DNA of 64,000 bases from an uncultured virus (IMG/VR IMGVR_UViG_3300031227_016742) (taxonomy: Duplodnaviria > Heunggongvirae > Uroviricota > Caudoviricetes): IMG/VR virus record IMGVR_UViG_3300031227_016742, one strand, 5' to 3'. Positions 8,703-17,430 of this stretch are shown one piece after another. Within the stretch, counting starts at the first letter, position 1, and every line of letters starts with the position of its first letter. The notes beneath the pieces are model-generated. The model did no database searches. It had not been told where the DNA came from and saw nothing but the letters and a program-made list of their open reading frames with translations. A program made the translations under genes and the position numbers.

Positions 8703-8980
8703 ACCTCCAAGCCCCGCATCCGCAACTGAGCGTCCAGGCCTCCGTCATCGAAGAGTTCCTCGTGGTCATCGCCGCCTACATCAACGTCTGCCACAGGCGC
8801 GGCTTCGAGCCGAAGCTGTCACGGGAGGACTTGGACGACATCGTCCGCTTCTGTGATCTGTACCCGGGCGGCTGGCAGCGAGCGATCGAGGTGGCCTTCT
8901 CCCGTGTCGGCAACTCCTGCGCGGGCGCCAGGGACCAGATGGTGGCGCGCTACGCCCAAGGGCGCGGCGCTATGGCTTGA
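8699..8980 (+). CDS. hypothetical protein, PGG-motif paralogue 1
   Basis: DIVRFCDLYPGGWQRAI..AF. Confidence 0.7.
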   Translation: MNLQAPHPQLSVQASVIEEFLVVIAAYINVCHRRGFEPKLSREDLDDIVRFCDLYPGGWQRAIEVAFSRVGNSCAGARDQMVARYAQGRGAMA

Positions 8981-8993
8981 CTCCGAGGACAGC

Positions 8994-9257
8994 ATGACGA
9001 CGAGTCGGAAACACAGGATCGAAGCGATCGACCTCTGGCTGAGCGTCCACGCCTCGGGCATGGTCATCTACGCCGACCGCGGCTGGGAAGAGGACCTCGA
9101 GGTCCAAGACAAGCTGGACATCGCTCGGTTCTGCGACGAGTACCCGGGAGGATGGCAGGCGGCCATCGACAAGGCCTTCGAGGCGTATCCCAACCAGGAC
9201 ACCGCCAGGGCTATGATGGAGACGGCCTACGCCGAGGGAAAGGGACTGATGGCTTGA
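8994..9257 (+). CDS. hypothetical protein, PGG-motif paralogue 2
   Basis: DIARFCDEYPGGWQAAI..AF. Confidence 0.7.
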   Translation: MTTSRKHRIEAIDLWLSVHASGMVIYADRGWEEDLEVQDKLDIARFCDEYPGGWQAAIDKAFEAYPNQDTARAMMETAYAEGKGLMA

Positions 9258-9295
9258 TGGCTCCGTGATATCATGGATCTCGACAGGAGAACCCC

Positions 9296-9670
9296 ATGAT
9301 TATCGAGCTACTCATCGCTGCGGCCGCCATGGGTGCGGCCTACGGGGTCAGCCGTTCGAGATCTTCCAGGGACGGTTCCAAGTCAGCACGGATCGTCGAC
9401 GACGAGTACGGTCGCACCGAGTCCGAGTACAGCAGGCTCTCGTACTTCGCTGATGTCTTCATGCACATCGAGGAGAGAGGAGTCATGATCAGGCTTCGGG
9501 GCGCGTTCTTGGACAGCGTCGTCTCCGCGGTCGACGAGTGGCCCGGCGGCCCGCAGGACGCCATCCGAGAGGCGTTCTCGAGCCTCGATGGTGAGCTCGT
9601 GCCTGGAGCCAGGAAGCAGATGTGGACGACCTACCTGGAGCGGAAAGAGTATCTCGACAGCATAGAATGA
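9296..9670 (+). CDS. membrane-anchored hypothetical protein, PGG-motif paralogue 3
   Basis: N-terminal hydrophobic segment; DEWPGGPQDAIREAF; AGGAG SD. Confidence 0.7.
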   Translation: MIIELLIAAAAMGAAYGVSRSRSSRDGSKSARIVDDEYGRTESEYSRLSYFADVFMHIEERGVMIRLRGAFLDSVVSAVDEWPGGPQDAIREAFSSLDGELVPGARKQMWTTYLERKEYLDSIE

Positions 9671-9680
9671 TGTCGATGGC

Positions 9681-9709
9681 TTGACGCTGCCACCAGGAGT
9701 GGCTACTCT
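9681..9709 (+). promoter_or_regulatory. Promoter with operator in the spacer
   Basis: TTGACG-17-TACTCT; TGCCAC-CAGGA-GTGGCT. Confidence 0.7.
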
Positions 9710-9715
9710 CTTCTT

Positions 9716-9946
9716 GTCAGAGAGATCGACACGCCCGGTCAGAGAGATCGACCACAAGGACACCCTCATGAGACGACACTTCCTCGGCTTCTGGTGAATA
9801 CAGCGGCCCTGACTTCAGCAGGGGCCCTCCGGCCGTTCGGAACCAGGTAACGAACCACTCGTTTTACCCCCTTCCGAACATCATTACCCCATTCTGCACA
9901 CCCACGCGGCGACAGTCCGCGTACGCAGAGGGGACCGGAGAGCATC
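9716..9946 (+). promoter_or_regulatory. Structured 5' leader with uORF MRRHFLGFW (9768-9797)
   Basis: 15-bp direct repeat, AAGGA SD plus 9-codon ORF, several stems, CTCCGG/CCGGAG pairing over the downstream SD. Confidence 0.5.
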
Positions 9947-10633
9947 ATGAGCATCGAACTGAAGATCAAGTGTCACACGCTGACCGACGAAGCCCGCCAC
10001 ATCAAGCGCTGGGAGCGGAAGCTCAAGCGCAACCGCCGCAAGGCGGTCAAGAAGATGGACCTGACAGGCGAGGACAAGACTCGCGCCCAGAGTGGGGACT
10101 CTCGCCGAGAGAAAGAGCTGCGCCTGCGCGAGCACCGCATCGAGGTCGTGCGCCCCGCGGCCCGCATCTGCCATCTGGCCAAGGGTTTCCTGCGCGGCAC
10201 CCCCTACGCCAAGATCGAGGGACGCTGCGAGCACCGCCCGAACTTCGACAAGATCGAGAAGGAGGCGCGCCGCTTCTCCAGCCCTGCGGACTGGGGCGGC
10301 CCCGACAACGAGCTGAAGACCTCGTGGAAGAGCTGGCTGCTCGAGGCCAAGCACCACCTGGACCCTCAGCAGAAGGCCAAGTGGGCCGCAGAGAAGGCCC
10401 GTGACAAGGCCCTGGCCGAGCAGCGGTACCAGGAAGCGCTGAACAGCCACAGGCGCCGTGAGCTGGCCCAGCTGCGCTCCCTGGCGCTGAGTCACCCTGA
10501 CGCCCTGGCGGCCCTGGCCAGTGGTGACAAGGAGGCCATGGAGGCTGCAGGGGTGCCATCGGCGTTCGAGACCAAGAGCCTGGCGCGCCGCACCCGGCCC
10601 GTCCGCACCGTCCGCGTCCGCGAGGCGGTGTAG
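9947..10633 (+). CDS. basic phage-type hypothetical protein
   Basis: IELKIK...EAR.I...HR..VVR..AR..HLA.GFLRG.PY.KIE; strong codon bias. Confidence 0.75.
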   Translation: MSIELKIKCHTLTDEARHIKRWERKLKRNRRKAVKKMDLTGEDKTRAQSGDSRREKELRLREHRIEVVRPAARICHLAKGFLRGTPYAKIEGRCEHRPNFDKIEKEARRFSSPADWGGPDNELKTSWKSWLLEAKHHLDPQQKAKWAAEKARDKALAEQRYQEALNSHRRRELAQLRSLALSHPDALAALASGDKEAMEAAGVPSAFETKSLARRTRPVRTVRVREAV

Positions 10634-10635
10634 CC

Positions 10636-11229
10636 ATGCTGCGTGCCATCGGAGACCTCCTGGGCTTGTGCGGTGCCCGGGCGGATCAGGATTCGTCCAA
10701 CGCCGAGAAGGCGGCCAGGTCCGAAGCGCTGAGAGCGACCAGGGCCGACTACGAGCGCTGGCGACAGCGTGAGCTGCAGCTCATAGAGCTCGCCTGCCAG
10801 CCCATCGATCTCGAGAGCCTGTGGAATCGTGTCGAGGAGGCGGATCCGAGGGACGTCTTGCCAAAGCTGACCGAGGCCGAGGTGGCGCACCTGTGGAGGT
10901 GCTCCGAGCTGTTCCTCGACATCGTCAGGCTGCGCACGGCGATGCGCGACGACGCGGAAGAAGAGGAGGAGGAAGGTCGCTTCTCCAACCTGTCGCTGTA
11001 CGAGCTGTCCTATTTCTCTTTCCTCGATCCCAGGCGGCTCGAGCAGATGGGCAAGGTCTGGTGCGAGGACGAGAAGACCGGCAAGATGGGCTGGAACAAG
11101 CGCATGTTCACCTTCCCTCTCTCCGACCTGTGGACCCTGTCGTCCACAGGCGAGGGAACCGAGCCAGCGGTGAGCGGTGAGCGGGAAACGGTAAACGGGT
11201 GCCCCAAGGACACCGGAGGTGCCCCATGA
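10636..11229 (+). CDS. hypothetical protein (paralogue of next gene)
   Basis: LP.LTE..V.HLW, GRF..LS..EL, TFPLS.LWT. Confidence 0.7.
   Translation: MLRAIGDLLGLCGARADQDSSNAEKAARSEALRATRADYERWRQRELQLIELACQPIDLESLWNRVEEADPRDVLPKLTEAEVAHLWRCSELFLDIVRLRTAMRDDAEEEEEEGRFSNLSLYELSYFSFLDPRRLEQMGKVWCEDEKTGKMGWNKRMFTFPLSDLWTLSSTGEGTEPAVSGERETVNGCPKDTGGAP
11161..11225 (+). repeat. Heptamer-repeat element inside CDS 3' end
   Basis: AGCGGTG x2, AACGGTA. Confidence 0.65.
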
Positions 11230-11861
11230 AGATCGACTTCGATGATCTGAAGACCATGATGTCCAAGCTGATGGACGGTGAGGCCGAGGTCGAGCTGCCG
11301 ACGTTCACCGAGGAGCAGGTGCACCACCTGTGGCTCGCCGCAGAGGTCTACTACGACCTGCTGCAGCTCAAGCTCGCGGTCGACGAGAAGGCCCGGGGCA
11401 AGGTCAGAGGACGGTTCACGGAGCTGTCTGAGCTCGAGCTGCACGAGATGAGCCACATCGAGGCCATCGGTGACCAGATCGTCTTCGAGGGCAAGGTCTA
11501 CAAGGGCGCGATCCACGAGGGCCGTGATGAAGGTGGGTGGGTGACCGAACGCGCCACCTTCCCCCTCTCCGGGCTGTGGACCGAGCCTGTGCCGACCGAC
11601 AAGGCGATGGTCCGCTACCGTCAGCTCGCAGACAAGCTCACCATACTGCGGAGATCCGAGACCGAAGACCCTGAAGAGGACGGCATCCTCGATGAGCTGA
11701 TGGATCTCTGGAACGACTTCAGCGAAGCCCAGGTCGTAGCCGCTGACGCCTACTCGAGAGAGATCAGGCTCACATCAGGCGAGGCGCTACACACCGTCAG
11801 CGAGCCAACGGTAAGCGGTAAGCGGAAAGCGGTGAGCGGCGCCCCCGAAGGGGGTGCGTAA
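11226..11861 (+). CDS. hypothetical protein (paralogue of previous gene)
   Basis: Same motifs as 10636-11229; ATGA overlap. Confidence 0.7.
   Translation: MKIDFDDLKTMMSKLMDGEAEVELPTFTEEQVHHLWLAAEVYYDLLQLKLAVDEKARGKVRGRFTELSELELHEMSHIEAIGDQIVFEGKVYKGAIHEGRDEGGWVTERATFPLSGLWTEPVPTDKAMVRYRQLADKLTILRRSETEDPEEDGILDELMDLWNDFSEAQVVAADAYSREIRLTSGEALHTVSEPTVSGKRKAVSGAPEGGA
11801..11858 (+). repeat. Heptamer-repeat/mini-hairpin element inside CDS 3' end
   Basis: (AGCGGTA)n plus GCGCCCCC-GAA-GGGGGTGC. Confidence 0.8.
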
Positions 11862-12403
11862 TGGGCTACCTCGTCACCATTGTTCATGGCAACGGCTACT
11901 ACTGCTCCTGCTGCGGCACCACCTACGAGAACACCCACCGGCAGGACGAGCTCGAATACGCGCTGTCTCACCTGCCCACCATCGTGCGCCTGACCGAGGA
12001 CGATCCCATCGAGGACGAACACGGTGAGGACGCCATGGATCTGAGCGGAGACGATCCTTTCGATCTGCACGATCTACGTAAGGTGGAGATCGAGGATGCG
12101 GCCACTGGAGACGCCGTCGCCTGGGGCCGCATGAGCAGCACGCCTCACGACAGGAGGGTCGCCGGGCCGTCCTACCACCGCTGGAGCGGCTGGGGACGGG
12201 ATGGGCTCTTCGAGGTCATCTGGGCCAGCGGAAACGAGCGCATCACCGATCGTAGCTGGGATCAGCTGTACCACGAGGTGGAGGTCCACCAGGCCGAGGC
12301 TGTGCTATCGATGAAGGAGCGAGAGCTCGAGCGCAAGCAGGGTGAGGTCAGCGCCGCCAAGGGGCATCTCGAGACGGTCAAGGCCAAGGTGGTGGGCAGC
12401 TAA
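11861..12403 (+). CDS. hypothetical protein (CSCC motif, C-terminal coiled coil)
   Basis: TAATG coupling; GNGYYCSCCG. Confidence 0.7.
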   Translation: MGYLVTIVHGNGYYCSCCGTTYENTHRQDELEYALSHLPTIVRLTEDDPIEDEHGEDAMDLSGDDPFDLHDLRKVEIEDAATGDAVAWGRMSSTPHDRRVAGPSYHRWSGWGRDGLFEVIWASGNERITDRSWDQLYHEVEVHQAEAVLSMKERELERKQGEVSAAKGHLETVKAKVVGS

Positions 12404-12426
12404 TCCGAAGGCCCGCCTGGGGACGC

Positions 12427-12655
12427 CTATGGGCCCCGGGTGAATCCGCGTAGCAGGGTTCGGGTCACGTCGTCCAGGGCCTGGGCGACGTCTGTCGTTG
12501 TCTCTCTCGGGGTCCAGTAGTGGAAGACGTCTCCGGGGTCGTACTCTTCGCGGCGTGGTTGGAAGTGCTCGTTCTTTCAGCTCGCCAAGCACACCCCGGG
12601 GCCCACGGTGGGAGACCTCGGCGGCGACGGTGGTGGTGAGCAGGGTATCGAGCAT
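12427..12655 (-). pseudogene. Small leader-family protein with apparent single-base frameshift near 12575-12577
   Basis: Leader MLDTLLTTTVAAEVSHRGPRGVLGEL; codon usage shifts frame after CTG-AAA-G. Confidence 0.45.
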
Positions 12656-13980
12656 CAGCCCATCCGCTCGCCAGAGACGTGACCAAACCCGTGCAGCAGC
12701 TGGTGGATGGCGAGGACGGTCTCTCGGTGGGCGTCATCGTCCAGCTCTTTGATCTTTCGGACAGCGGTCCCAATCTGGCGTGCCTCGTATTCGTTCATGA
12801 TGAAGGCTCGCTCGAACTTCGCCGGGCTCGTCAGCCAGATCTCTCCGGTGACACGCCCATCGGGGAGCAGGGTGTCTGCAGGACAGATAGCCGTGACAGT
12901 CTCCGTGTTGGTGTACATCACCCAGACCGAAGGGCTCCAGCCGATATGACGGGACATCAGCTCTTCGCCCACCGCCGTGACCGTGCCTCTGTGCGTGAAG
13001 GTGCCACCGTCCGGATCGATGGCGTACATGGCCAGCTCTGGGCTCGGCCCACAGCACACTCGGGGGATGGTCCTGTCCTCCCCGAACAGCGTGGACTTCA
13101 TCCGACGCGGTTCGAAGGTGATGCTCTGCGGAGGTTCGACGTCCTGGTCGTCCGAGCTCTTGGGCTCCACGCTCACCTGGATCATGCGCCACAGGGTTCC
13201 TGGGGCAGCCTCGAAGGTCTCGCTCTCGGTCCTCCATGGTCCACGCAGCTCTGGTTCGATCCCCTTGTCGCGCAGCTGGGCGAACATTTGATCGAAGGAC
13301 GTCCCGAGCACGTCGACGTCCAGCAGCCCCAGTATCTCACCGCCAGCCCAGCACAGCGCCGCGAAGCTCATGCAGCCCTCACCCAGGATCGATGAGTCCT
13401 CTGGGCCGAAGTGGTTCTCGATGGCCTCGAGCGCCATCCAGTTGTCGAAGCAGATGGACAGCTCGAACTCCGGGTTCATCAGCGGAACCCAGCCGTCACG
13501 AGTCCAGACCTCGATGAGCTCGGGCTCGATGACCCTTTCGGTGTAAAACCCGGTGCGGGTGAAGATGTCACGCTTCTTTCCCAACAGGACACCGTCACTG
13601 CGAGGATCTTCTTCCGTGTCGTCTGGCCACGGGAAGCGCAACAGAACATCGTTCCAGGACAACGCGAAGCTGGGAGCAGGGCAAAAGTAGACCCCTGTCG
13701 GTTGCTGGAGGAACGGTTCCGGCTCCATGGGCGAGAGCCCATACAGGGCGATGGACGGCAAGTCGGTGTAGCGGGTGGCGTGGTAGGCGCAGGGACGATC
13801 CTTTTCTGGTCCACAGCTGTCGTCGAGCTCGCGCGTCAGTGGTGGGGGCGGAACCCTCGAGACACCTTTCTCGATCCCCAGTGCGTCCTTCAGTCGCTGC
13901 TGGACAGCCTGGTTCCTGGTGTCGCTGAACCACTTCGACACACCGGCAAGGATGATGGTGGTGAGAGGGATCAGGGGCAT
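12655..13980 (-). CDS. Leader plus two ADP-ribosyltransferase-like domains
   Basis: YHAT...LPSI...GL.P...GVYF; second domain LWR...FEPR...GEDRTIPRVC...PDG..TGEIWL. Confidence 0.55.
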   Translation of the reverse strand: MPLIPLTTIILAGVSKWFSDTRNQAVQQRLKDALGIEKGVSRVPPPPLTRELDDSCGPEKDRPCAYHATRYTDLPSIALYGLSPMEPEPFLQQPTGVYFCPAPSFALSWNDVLLRFPWPDDTEEDPRSDGVLLGKKRDIFTRTGFYTERVIEPELIEVWTRDGWVPLMNPEFELSICFDNWMALEAIENHFGPEDSSILGEGCMSFAALCWAGGEILGLLDVDVLGTSFDQMFAQLRDKGIEPELRGPWRTESETFEAAPGTLWRMIQVSVEPKSSDDQDVEPPQSITFEPRRMKSTLFGEDRTIPRVCCGPSPELAMYAIDPDGGTFTHRGTVTAVGEELMSRHIGWSPSVWVMYTNTETVTAICPADTLLPDGRVTGEIWLTSPAKFERAFIMNEYEARQIGTAVRKIKELDDDAHRETVLAIHQLLHGFGHVSGERMG

Positions 13981-13989
13981 GCGCCAGAC

Positions 13990-14727
13990 CTATGCGTTCG
14001 CTCTGACCATGGTCGACGGCAGCGTGGCGACCCTCAGGTCGGATCCGTTCTTGTACCAGCGCTCTCCCCGCTTGATGGCCTCGACGCGGTAGCCGTCTCT
14101 GACGCTGGAGTGGACCTTGAACATGTCACCGCCCTTTCCCATCCAGACCAGGTAGTGGTGGCCGCTATCCGGCCCCTCTGGTTTGGGCACGACCTCGTCT
14201 CCGGCCCGGTCCCATGACTGCACGAAGTGCCAGCGTTCGGGGGTCAGCGCGGGGGCTGCGTGCTGGATACCAACCTTGCGTTTCACCAGAGAGGACACCC
14301 CGTCGATGAAGTCGCTCAGGGCCGGGATGTTGTCCCACGGCCTGGAATGGTCTGTCAGGTTGATGCGGTCCCACAGCTCTGGATTCAGGTTGCGCCAGGC
14401 GTTGAAGTCCGTCCAATCCCTTCGGTCTCGGGGGCTCTCGCCAGACAACGCGATGGCCCATGCCGCCACCATGTGTGAGCACGGCCTGTTCTCGCTGGTG
14501 ATGAACGCCATGATGGGGCTGTGCTCATTCTGTAGCAGGTCCCAGCCGAGGTCCAGCAGCTCACCTTGCGAATCGGGCCTACGCAACCCTGTGGGATAGG
14601 GGGGCTCTCTCTTCGGAGGCTCCGGCCGCGCCGGGGCTGGCTGGGGGGACGAACCGCCACCACCGGCCATAGCCAGAGCGGCCAGGCCACCGAGGGCTAC
14701 GACTGCGACGATCGCCTTGCTGTCCAT
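13990..14727 (-). CDS. Membrane-anchored Cys-His peptidase-like protein
   Basis: N-terminal TM plus Gly/Pro linker; PCSHMV, HFVQ.W and GHHYLVW parallel 910-1821. Confidence 0.55.
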   Translation of the reverse strand: MDSKAIVAVVALGGLAALAMAGGGGSSPQPAPARPEPPKREPPYPTGLRRPDSQGELLDLGWDLLQNEHSPIMAFITSENRPCSHMVAAWAIALSGESPRDRRDWTDFNAWRNLNPELWDRINLTDHSRPWDNIPALSDFIDGVSSLVKRKVGIQHAAPALTPERWHFVQSWDRAGDEVVPKPEGPDSGHHYLVWMGKGGDMFKVHSSVRDGYRVEAIKRGERWYKNGSDLRVATLPSTMVRANA

Positions 14728-14838
14728 GCCTGATTCTCCGGATCGGTATCCATGGGCAGAGTAGCACGATGCCGTTCGATACGCCTCGAGTCACGACCCC
14801 GCCTTCCAGCGCGGATCGTGGACGACGTGACATACGTG

Positions 14839-14867
14839 TTGCTACTGACAGTGGAGAATGATAGGGT
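14839..14867 (+). promoter_or_regulatory. Promoter/operator
   Basis: TTGCTA-17-TAGGGT; TGCTAC-TGACA-GTGGAG. Confidence 0.6.
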
Positions 14868-14910
14868 TCTCTGGCCAGATCGTCCACTACGTCACCCTCG
14901 GATCTTTCCC

Positions 14911-15387
14911 ATGCCCGTCCTTTCGCTGCTGATCGTCTCCACCATCCTGGCCAGCCCCCCTGGCGACTTCCGCGGCATCCCCTTCGGGGCGCAGTGCTCG
15001 ACCCAGCGCGACTTCGCGCCCTACGCCGTCGAACACCGCGACACCCCTGTCGAGATCCAGGTCTACAGCCAGGACGGGGACCTGCTGAAGATGGGCATGA
15101 CGCCGGTGCGCACCATCAGCTACTGCTGCTGGCGCGATCGGCTCATCCGGGTCCACGTCGAGCTGGACAGATCCGCTGCCCCGATGCTGCACGCCTACCT
15201 GTCCGCCCAGTGGGGAGTGCCCATGCACATGACCGGGGGCAACGAGTACGGCTGGCTCTCACCGGGAACGATGGCGACCATGAGCTGGTCGGATCCGACG
15301 CTCCCCGCGGTGCTCGGGATCTTCGATCAGGCGCTGGTGGCGGAGTTCACCGACGTGATGATCCAGCAGCCGGTCACGGGGAACTGA
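14911..15387 (+). CDS. secreted hypothetical protein
   Basis: Hydrophobic N-terminus then DFRGIPFG. Confidence 0.6.
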   Translation: MPVLSLLIVSTILASPPGDFRGIPFGAQCSTQRDFAPYAVEHRDTPVEIQVYSQDGDLLKMGMTPVRTISYCCWRDRLIRVHVELDRSAAPMLHAYLSAQWGVPMHMTGGNEYGWLSPGTMATMSWSDPTLPAVLGIFDQALVAEFTDVMIQQPVTGN

Positions 15388-16627
15388 TCTTCTTCTTGTT
15401 CCACCTGTTCAGCTTGCCTGGCAGGATGCCGCCACGCGGTGCTGACCACTCCCCTTCGTCGTCCTGCCACCAGACCCCATCCAGCCCGAGCTTCTTGGCC
15501 CAGGCGAGGGCCGCCATGTCCAGCGCCAGGGCCAGCTCTACGGTCTCTCCTATCAGCCTGTCCAGCGTCCTGGTGGCGATGTGCCCGTCGAAGGGCTCCA
15601 CCGTCCCCTCGTTGAACTCCGCCTCTTCTTCGGCGTCTTCGGGGTAGTGGTGGATGGAGCTGACCTCTTCCTCTTCCTCGGAGTCCCACGAGGTGACCCG
15701 GTACAGGGTCATCGGCTCGAGCAGGCTGTTTTCCTCGCCCCAAGCGGCGATATCGGCGTCATCGAGCTGGTGACGGTCCAGGAAACGCCCACCGTCGTTG
15801 TTGTGCAGCTCCCACAGGGGCCAGCCGCCAAGCTTGGCGATGCGGCGCCAGTCATCGATGTGATCCTCATCGGTCACAGACAGAGTGTGGCCCTCCAGGC
15901 TCCGGCCCCGATTGTACTTGTCTTTGGGGTCCATGCTCCCGATGTGGTAGACGGTGTCGATGTTCCGGACCGGAGCCACGAGTCCCGCGGTGGGCGGCGG
16001 TGGCCCCTCGAGCGCGTAGTTCTTCCGGTCCAGCGTCAGCCGGCGCACGACGAAGTTTTGACCATCAGGCGCGCTGTAGTCGCGCTCCATGAGCGCCCCC
16101 AGCAGCATGTGCGGCGTGAAGTGCCTGGCCCGCCAGCTGGGCACGAAGACCGGCACGGGGACCAGCACATCGGGGCCGCACAGCTCCCGGACCACCGTCA
16201 TGCGATGTCGTCCCTCGTGGCCGACTATCTGGAAGCGCACCGGGCCGCCCTCGGAGCGGAGGCCCTGGTCGGACTCCCACCTGGCGTGCACGATGTTGGC
16301 GTCCAGCCATGGGGGTGCGATGGCGCGGCCCTCTCTGACCTGCTGCATGATCCAGTCGTAGTTCTTGTCTTTGCCTCTGAGCGGCTCGTTGAGCGCCAGG
16401 TACTCGTCCGGCGTCATCCAGGCCACGAACCCCAGGTAGTTGACGTTGCGGTTGATGGAGACGGCCCCGATGCCGCGCTGGCCGAAGACGACCGGCCCGA
16501 TACGGAAGGGCTGCTCTGGGTCGTACTCCACGCCCAGACGGTGAGCGAGCACCGATCCCTCGTCCTCTTCCTGGTCTCCGGAGAGGATGGCGGCCGCGAC
16601 GGCGATGAGGGGGAGGAGGATGGACAT
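15374..16627 (-). CDS. Leader plus ParB-like domain plus ART-like domain
   Basis: MSILLPLI leader; GHEGRHRM (ParB-type G.HR); VYHIG...LEG..LSVT. Confidence 0.55.
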   Translation of the reverse strand: MSILLPLIAVAAAILSGDQEEDEGSVLAHRLGVEYDPEQPFRIGPVVFGQRGIGAVSINRNVNYLGFVAWMTPDEYLALNEPLRGKDKNYDWIMQQVREGRAIAPPWLDANIVHARWESDQGLRSEGGPVRFQIVGHEGRHRMTVVRELCGPDVLVPVPVFVPSWRARHFTPHMLLGALMERDYSAPDGQNFVVRRLTLDRKNYALEGPPPPTAGLVAPVRNIDTVYHIGSMDPKDKYNRGRSLEGHTLSVTDEDHIDDWRRIAKLGGWPLWELHNNDGGRFLDRHQLDDADIAAWGEENSLLEPMTLYRVTSWDSEEEEEVSSIHHYPEDAEEEAEFNEGTVEPFDGHIATRTLDRLIGETVELALALDMAALAWAKKLGLDGVWWQDDEGEWSAPRGGILPGKLNRWNKKKISSP

Positions 16628-16629
16628 GA

Positions 16630-17184
16630 CTACTCTTCTATTCCGGATCCATAGTCGAACAGGCGCAGCTCTCCTCCATGGCATCCCCAGTTCGTGAAGA
16701 GCTCGGCATCCAGAACGCGCAGAGGGAAGTCGTCGATCTCCCTGGTGAGGCCTTCCTCGTCCGTGCATGCCCACGGCGAGCTCACACGCTCCATCACGAG
16801 GATCATTCCGTCGAGATGAACACTCACGACAGGCATGAGCGCTGGGATCTCGCCCTGATGGTCGAACCAGATCTGATCTTCTACCAGGTTGACCAGGCCT
16901 CGATAACGATCGATCTTGGCCACCCTGCCGTCTTCCAGGTCGATCACCGTACGGTGTGCGCCGGATCCGATCACGTCGAAGCCCACCCTGATGAGCATCG
17001 GCTCGAGCTGTTCTTCGGGAAGCCGTTTCCCCTCGAACGGCCTGATCAGTTCGATCAGTCTCTCGAGCACGGTCTTTGTGGGACGCACGCCCAAGCGGGG
17101 AGCGATCACCGATCCCTCGTCCTCTTCCTGTTCTCCGGAGAGGACGGCGGCTGCGACGGTGATGAGGGGAAGGAGGATGGACAT
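16630..17184 (-). CDS. Leader plus minimal protein-kinase-like domain
   Basis: IGSGAHRTV, VAKI, LVMERV, D....NWG, LFDYG. Confidence 0.65.
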   Translation of the reverse strand: MSILLPLITVAAAVLSGEQEEDEGSVIAPRLGVRPTKTVLERLIELIRPFEGKRLPEEQLEPMLIRVGFDVIGSGAHRTVIDLEDGRVAKIDRYRGLVNLVEDQIWFDHQGEIPALMPVVSVHLDGMILVMERVSSPWACTDEEGLTREIDDFPLRVLDAELFTNWGCHGGELRLFDYGSGIEE

Positions 17185-17430
17185 GAGCTCATCATATCCG
17201 ATCCTCACGATCGATGTCCTCGTTTTGAGCTCCGCTACTGGCAGTGGATATCGTATCATGATATGTTCCATGAACGGCCAGGTCAGGCCGAACCCTTCCG
17301 GCTCCCCCGCCCGGGACCGCTCGAGGGCAAAATGGTCTTGGACCATGGCTGGATTCATCCACCACCGGATCGAAACATCATCATCGGCGAAGAGGGCGGT
17401 CTTCGGACGGGGATGATGTGGAGTTCGATC

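Noticed and set aside
16529..17184. Diversity-generating retroelement TR/VR pair
   Set aside because: Repeat is N-terminal, differences are not adenine-specific, and no reverse transcriptase is present
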